Assembly (NCBI GenBank): GCA_965208325.1 | Contig: OZ242326.1 | Coordinates: forward strand, 1,696,001 to 1,760,000 | Reading direction: 5' to 3' | Origin: Candidatus Poribacteria bacterium | Lineage (GTDB): Bacteria > Poribacteria > WGA-4E > PCPOR2b | DNA length: 64,000 nucleotides | Program-made: the position numbers and the translations under genes | Notes under the pieces: model-generated | Seen by the model: only the letters and a program-made list of their open reading frames with translations | Told to the model about the DNA's origin: nothing | Database searches by the model: none | Shown: positions 58,815 through 64,000 of the stretch, in pieces | Layout of the letters: each line of letters begins with the position of its first letter | How positions within the stretch are numbered: position 1 is the first letter of the stretch

Positions 58815-61271
58815 TCAGAGGTTATCAACGTCGTTTTGACGCTTTCCGGCCGCCTGAATAATACGGTCAACCAACCCGTTCGATGCGCAGAACGCAGAAA
58901 TGTCCTTGCCCTCCATAGCCGCCGGCAACGCCCAAAGCATCAAGTTCTGAACATAGTGCGCACCAAACAACCGGTCGCCGTTATCGCCGCGTACGAGATT
59001 CGGCAAGTTCCAGGTAGACAGCGTGTTGATGGTAAGATTATGAATACACCGGCGCGCCAGTTCCAGGCCAAAATCCTTATCCCCCTCGTACATGTAAGTC
59101 ATCGCAAGCATGAACAGCTCGGGCGTGAAATAGGCAGTTGGGCCATATCCCAAACCCTGGGAAAGACTTCCGTCTGGACGAGAAAAATTCAATGCGCCAT
59201 AGGGGGTCAACGCCGCGCAAGTGTTTTTGATTGTCTCCAGAGTTTCCTTGACTCGGTCCGATCGAAAAACGCCCGGCAACCCGTGGAATCTTGCCATCCA
59301 CTGCCCGTCAAGTTGATACCCAAATACATCATCTGATTTTCGGCCGGTTTTGGGCTCATTGTAGCTCAAGTAATATGACCCTGCCCACATCTTGTCTTCC
59401 ATCGATTGACTCCCTTGCTCAAGCCAATCTTTGCATTGCCGGGCAAACTCGTCATCACCTACCTGCTCTGCCAGCCGTAGCGCCATTCTCAAATTCGCTA
59501 GGTGGATGCCTCCCACGTGGGATGTCATCCCAAACCACAATACCGCTTCAAACCATTCGAGGTGGTGTCCCGGCGGCTGATTAGGTCCGTACGGATCCAA
59601 ATTCCCACTCGGTACACTGATGATACCGTCGGCGCCATCCTCTGGCCTGAGGTTCATCGTGTAGATTGTATTTTTCTTAATGGATGGGTAGAACTCTGCA
59701 AGGATTCCCTTGTCGCCCGTGCGGAGCAGGTATCGGTCAACTAAATCAACGTAGCACGGCCCATTGGTCGTCGTCTGATATCCCGGTGTTGGCATCGCAA
59801 ACTCGGCGCCCATCGTCGGCTCGTAGCCGCCTATAGCAGCGCCCACAACGCCGCCAAATATCCACGGCGCTGCGCCATTCGCAAACTGGTAGGCTTTGTA
59901 GCCGCGCAGCGTTGAAAGGGCGAGATCGGGGAAAAAGAAAACGAGAGGTGCATTGGCGTAAAAGGTGTCGGGGATAGGCTCAACGGCTGGATTCTCCGTG
60001 ATCCCATCAATCAGCCCAAACAGCCCTTCCTCCGGGTGACACCACGGTCCAATCGGAGGGCGCGCCGCTGCCCACAGGCCGTTGATAGCGAATAGGTGAA
60101 GTATATTTATCAGCGAATCTTGGAGCCAATTCGGGAGGTTCGCCTCCGTATAGATAACCTCCTGCCACGCTAGGACGCGCCGCAAAAGAGAGTCGTGTTC
60201 GCGGCTTAGAAATTGAGCCGCATCAAGGGCACTCTTGTACCGGGTAGTGTACATGTGCGTGAATGTGTGCGGACCTTCTCCTATCCACATGGGCGCATAC
60301 CATGCAAGCACAAACCGAACGACTTTTTCCTCTCCCGGCGGCAGTTGGTAGCCGACGGAAATCGAACCGCTAAAGTCCGTTTCACCGGGTTCGGGAAGTT
60401 CAGAGCCAATTTTCGCCCAAGCTTTACCGCTGCTCATAGACGGGCTCCGAATCGCCAATCCGCCGCCGATTTCGATTTCCGCCTCACCAACTACACCGAG
60501 TGCGTAGCCGATTTCTGGAACCTTTTCCGATGTAACAACCAACCCGGTAAATTCTCCGTGTACGGTTTGCCGCTCCGCCTTCACCGGTTCCGGCGCAAGT
60601 GCAATCCACGTATGGCCGTACGGCATCCGTGCTTTTTCACGCGGGCTGTGCGCTTCAATCTGGGCTTCAGCCTGGGTCGGTCCAGGAAAACTGAAAGCTA
60701 ATCGCCCCTCCTGCGCCGTGTCCGTCACATTTCGGAGATGTACTTCAAACACGATTCCGGGAGTGTTGGTGGCGCCAGAGTCTCCGGGGAGAAACGGCAC
60801 CCAGGCGCGCAGTCCAACATTGACAGGCGATCCCGGCATCTCGTATTCCAGGTCCGCCACGGGATAATGACCCCAATAATGGATTTCACGCGGCGTTTGG
60901 ATGCCAAACCACATGTAACCGCCGTACGCTTCCCGTGGATCGCTAAGCAACCAGACCTGTTCACCTACTGTCATGCCAAGAAACGGCAGTTCCAGCGGAC
61001 CGCCTTCGGGACAGATGGAGTTAAAAATCGTGCAGTATCCGAAGGTTGCATCCGTGTTCAAATCGAGTCGTCCTGTGTCAATCCCGCCTAAAGGCATCCC
61101 GTTCTCGATTCGCTGTTTGCGTCTGTATATCACCCCGCATGCAGGTTCGCTAAATCCGTCCGCCGGGAATTGTGACCACTCAAGCACCGGTGCATCTGTA
61201 GAAAAAAGCCTCCGGTTGTTCCGATGACCGGAATTTCCTCCGTGCATACCCGCTATTGCAGTTGTGTTCAC
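58815..61271 (-). CDS. GH116-family glycoside hydrolase, paralog of 23746-26157
   Basis: GMPLGGIDTG, YWGHYP, RAWVPFLPGD, FGYQLDGQW. Confidence 0.8.
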   Translation of the reverse strand: MNTTAIAGMHGGNSGHRNNRRLFSTDAPVLEWSQFPADGFSEPACGVIYRRKQRIENGMPLGGIDTGRLDLNTDATFGYCTIFNSICPEGGPLELPFLGMTVGEQVWLLSDPREAYGGYMWFGIQTPREIHYWGHYPVADLEYEMPGSPVNVGLRAWVPFLPGDSGATNTPGIVFEVHLRNVTDTAQEGRLAFSFPGPTQAEAQIEAHSPREKARMPYGHTWIALAPEPVKAERQTVHGEFTGLVVTSEKVPEIGYALGVVGEAEIEIGGGLAIRSPSMSSGKAWAKIGSELPEPGETDFSGSISVGYQLPPGEEKVVRFVLAWYAPMWIGEGPHTFTHMYTTRYKSALDAAQFLSREHDSLLRRVLAWQEVIYTEANLPNWLQDSLINILHLFAINGLWAAARPPIGPWCHPEEGLFGLIDGITENPAVEPIPDTFYANAPLVFFFPDLALSTLRGYKAYQFANGAAPWIFGGVVGAAIGGYEPTMGAEFAMPTPGYQTTTNGPCYVDLVDRYLLRTGDKGILAEFYPSIKKNTIYTMNLRPEDGADGIISVPSGNLDPYGPNQPPGHHLEWFEAVLWFGMTSHVGGIHLANLRMALRLAEQVGDDEFARQCKDWLEQGSQSMEDKMWAGSYYLSYNEPKTGRKSDDVFGYQLDGQWMARFHGLPGVFRSDRVKETLETIKNTCAALTPYGALNFSRPDGSLSQGLGYGPTAYFTPELFMLAMTYMYEGDKDFGLELARRCIHNLTINTLSTWNLPNLVRGDNGDRLFGAHYVQNLMLWALPAAMEGKDISAFCASNGLVDRIIQAAGKRQNDVDNL

Positions 61272-61400
61272 TTGTTGTTCTCCATTTACCTCATAAATTT
61301 TCCACTAGAATCGGCAAGAGTCCTAATGCACTTTAACTCCGATTTCACACGGCATCAAGGATATTGTCATTTCCACTCATATTTGCACATTTTTCCGCAG

Positions 61401-61461
61401 GCGCGGTTGCCAACCGCACTTACGGACTGGATAAACACCGGTTCGCATAGGAAACCGAACC
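61401..61461. repeat. REP-like hairpin pair
   Basis: gcggttgccaaccgc-acttacgg and ggttcg...cgaacc. Confidence 0.5.
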
Positions 61462-61511
61462 TGGCGCAGTGCAAAAATACAAGTTGATTTTACTATAACC
61501 GCCGAATTTGT

Positions 61512-62552
61512 CTAGTGTTCTAGTTCTAGTTCTAAGTTGTATTTCTCACTGTATTCCAGCAGCTTGCTCCAGACAGTCTCCGGTAATTCAATCCCATCGC
61601 GCAACTGTTCTTGCTCAACCCGTCGTTCCAGGTCTCCCGGCACAAGTACTTCCGAAAACCCGGGCGCTGGCGGCGTGGCCCGCATACCTTCAAGAAAAGC
61701 GCTGGCATTCTGCTGATAATCCTCAAGAGGCTGAAAGGCGCTCACATCAATCGCCTGAAAAAGCGTCCCGCCGATACCGCCTGATGGGCGGTTGAATCCA
61801 CCCCCAAGCGCCCCGAGAAGACATGTCATTAAAGAGATCGCATAACCTTTGATTCCGCCAAAAACCAGAAGTCTGCCGCCTTCAATGTAATCATCAGGTT
61901 CAACGCTTGGCTGTCCGTGCTTATCCACAATACATCCGGGCGGGAGTTTCATTCCCTTCATTTTGTAGACATGGACTTTTGAATTCGCAAACACGGTAGT
62001 TGCGAAATCTGATATGAAAGGCTTCCCATCGGCACTCGGAACGCCAAGCGCCACCGGGTTCGTGCTCAGACGGTTAGCGATTACGCCGTGCGAGGTCATT
62101 TCCCCAGGTCCCGGCGCACCCCACCCCTCGGTCACTATGCCGATAAACCCTTCCGACGCAGCTTGTTCAACGTATTCGCCCAATCTACCAATATGGTTCA
62201 TGTTTACGAAGGTGACCGCTCCTATCCCGGTAGAACGCGCTTTCTGCATGGCGAGATTCATACTCCATTGTGCGGAATAGTGCCCCCAGCCTTTGCGTGC
62301 ATCCACAAATGCGGTACTCGGGGTTTGCTGAAGAATCTCCGGTACATTGCTAGGAAATAAACCGTCGTGCTCTATTGAATGCATGTAATGCCTCATTAAG
62401 AACACACCGTGAGAAGTATGGCCTTTGAGGTCGGCGTTCACAAGGATTCTTGACACCGATTCCGCTATGTTGCGAGGGGTTCCAACAGTCTCACAAAGCT
62501 GCGCGATAAAGGTCTGAAGCTTATCGGCTTGTATCCGGCGACTGGTATTCAT
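61512..62552 (-). CDS. Ldh_2-family (malate/L-lactate/sulfolactate) dehydrogenase
   Basis: ADLKGHTSHG, NHIGRLG, STNP, GIKGYA, VLVPG. Confidence 0.92.
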   Translation of the reverse strand: MNTSRRIQADKLQTFIAQLCETVGTPRNIAESVSRILVNADLKGHTSHGVFLMRHYMHSIEHDGLFPSNVPEILQQTPSTAFVDARKGWGHYSAQWSMNLAMQKARSTGIGAVTFVNMNHIGRLGEYVEQAASEGFIGIVTEGWGAPGPGEMTSHGVIANRLSTNPVALGVPSADGKPFISDFATTVFANSKVHVYKMKGMKLPPGCIVDKHGQPSVEPDDYIEGGRLLVFGGIKGYAISLMTCLLGALGGGFNRPSGGIGGTLFQAIDVSAFQPLEDYQQNASAFLEGMRATPPAPGFSEVLVPGDLERRVEQEQLRDGIELPETVWSKLLEYSEKYNLELELEH

Positions 62553-62650
62553 GCCTCTCTCTCCTCCAGAGTATTTAACATCCACGCCTGAGGTGCAGCG
62601 TCAATCATTTAAACCCAGAGATAACTGAAGATGAAATAAAATGCGTGTAC

Positions 62651-63925
62651 TTATCCGTTGATTTGCACTAGGACGGACTCAAGCCGGTCGACTTGCTCTT
62701 TCCGCAGCCGGTTATACACCCGCTCAGAGATTTCGCGCGCTTCGTACAACGCTTCCAACCGCGTAATTATCTCGAGTCGGGCAACGCGCGTGCGCTCAAG
62801 GTCGGCAGCGTCTAACTTGCCCAGCCAACTTCCATCGGGTAATCCTTTCGGCTTCTGAGTATCGTCAGCAGTATTCAGTGTAGGACGCCGCATTTTGAAG
62901 ATTGCCGCTACCAAAAAACCACCTGCAAGGGCGGCTGAGATGGCTATCAGCGCAATCAGCGTTGGATTTGACGGATTCCGGTTCATCGCCTTGAAGCGCA
63001 AATCTGCAATTTGCCCGGTTGTTAAGGGCTTTGCCGGATCCGTCGCATAAATCGTGTAAATCTGCTCGTGGACTTGCTCCCTGCGCCCCGCACCCAAAAT
63101 TCTCGATTGTGATGTCAATGGGGTTCCTTCCGAAACAAAAACGTAGACCTCATCCGTATCAAATGTCAGTTTCCGAGATAGATCTAATCCAGAGTCAATG
63201 TGTACGACATAAGAAAATCCAACTCTTGAATTGCCCGGCTCCAGCGGCTGATTAGCAATCAACCGAGCCGTCTGGGCAGTCATGTCCTGTTTGAAACCCG
63301 AATCGATCCGTAGTGCTTCGTACCCCTTCGGCAGATTAAAATACAGACCCGTCGATTGATTGTCAAGATCGAATCGGAACGCTGCATCGCTCGTGTTTTC
63401 GACCCCAATAATCTCCATCACCGAAACGGCTTGGTGTTGAGCATGATCTGCCGGAGGCGGGGTAATAACAATTGTATGCTGCCGAATCTTCACCTTCGAG
63501 GGGTCATCGGTAAAACCTCCAATGTCAATATTTACCTTGACTCTAGGCACCCACTCCGACAGAACAATGTCTTTCTCGACATATTCCTCTCCGTCGTACG
63601 TGGTCGAAACAACGTAGTGTACATCGAAAGCCGTTGAAAGATTATCAAAGGCATAAGCCCCGCTGTTGTCAGTTTTAGTGTCGCGTTGCTGGACATCTTT
63701 GCTTTCCTGGTGAATCCGCAAAATTACTATCTGTTGAGATACCGGTTGATCCTTCCCCTTATCTATGACGCGCCCTTCGATTCTGCCGGCGGCGTTTTGT
63801 CCATCCGCAGGAGACTGAATGATTGAAACCACGAATAATAAAAATAGAACCTGGGGAATAAACCGCAAAATGCGCACGTTGGGCACCTTATTAACTACAC
63901 GGTTGTCGCGCATGAATTTTTTCAA
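62651..63925 (-). CDS. Exported membrane-anchored protein with a carboxypeptidase-regulatory-like domain and a SHOCT-like tail
   Basis: Signal peptide, GRIEGRV...TDNSGAYAF, a C-terminal TM segment and EISERVYNRLR. Confidence 0.7.
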   Translation of the reverse strand: MKKFMRDNRVVNKVPNVRILRFIPQVLFLLFVVSIIQSPADGQNAAGRIEGRVIDKGKDQPVSQQIVILRIHQESKDVQQRDTKTDNSGAYAFDNLSTAFDVHYVVSTTYDGEEYVEKDIVLSEWVPRVKVNIDIGGFTDDPSKVKIRQHTIVITPPPADHAQHQAVSVMEIIGVENTSDAAFRFDLDNQSTGLYFNLPKGYEALRIDSGFKQDMTAQTARLIANQPLEPGNSRVGFSYVVHIDSGLDLSRKLTFDTDEVYVFVSEGTPLTSQSRILGAGRREQVHEQIYTIYATDPAKPLTTGQIADLRFKAMNRNPSNPTLIALIAISAALAGGFLVAAIFKMRRPTLNTADDTQKPKGLPDGSWLGKLDAADLERTRVARLEIITRLEALYEAREISERVYNRLRKEQVDRLESVLVQING

Positions 63926-64000
63926 CCCCGTGAATGCTTCTCTTGTTTGTATCTCTCGATTTCTTCTTCCACCGACACCGTGGTAGTCGTATCAATCCGT
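63922..64000 (-). CDS. 3' end of an upstream gene (partial)
   Basis: RIDTTTTVSVEEEIERYKQEKHSRG*; the stop overlaps the next start (TTGA). Confidence 0.5.
   Translation of the reverse strand, partial: RIDTTTTVSVEEEIERYKQEKHSRG

Noticed and set aside
61511..61536. (TTCTAG)3 tandem repeat as a phase-variation tract
   Set aside because: It is an in-frame hexamer at the very C-terminus (LELELE), so slippage would not switch the gene.

Overview
Bacterial chromosomal window. It is probably from Candidatus Poribacteria or a relative, an inference from the EDVNxDG plus ETRLLPNYPNPFNPETWIPYQLA C-terminal module, three PhyH dioxygenases, ankyrin/TPR genes and dense GTAG-type REPs. Layout: (1) a CotH-kinase gene that runs off the left edge and is missing from the ORF track. 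(2) An accessory/defence island at about 2.3-14.5 kb with composite repeats, a MITE, an ABC binding protein, an OLD-like ATPase-TOPRIM, a 67-aa GIY-YIG-like gene, an intact type IIG R-M fusion between remnants of two other R-M genes, a TPR gene, a DUF2280-like gene and a consensus promoter running straight into a terminator. (3) An E1alpha/E1beta/E2 2-oxoacid or acetoin dehydrogenase cluster, amtB, secreted multidomain proteins and a GH116. (4) Core genes argH-pyrF-pyrE-lepA-lepB. (5) A metabolic stretch with a plant/animal-type ATP sulfurylase, sugar-nucleotide genes with gmhA, PhyH genes, a cNMP-PP2C and a second GH116. The strongest leads are the eukaryote-type ATP sulfurylase, the ATPase-TOPRIM plus mini GIY-YIG candidate defence pair, the ~55-nt candidate sRNA and REP-like sequence read in frame inside the R-M gene. 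No rRNA, tRNA, CRISPR array, integrase, transposase or reverse transcriptase was seen. All family calls come from motifs recognised by eye; no database searches were run.
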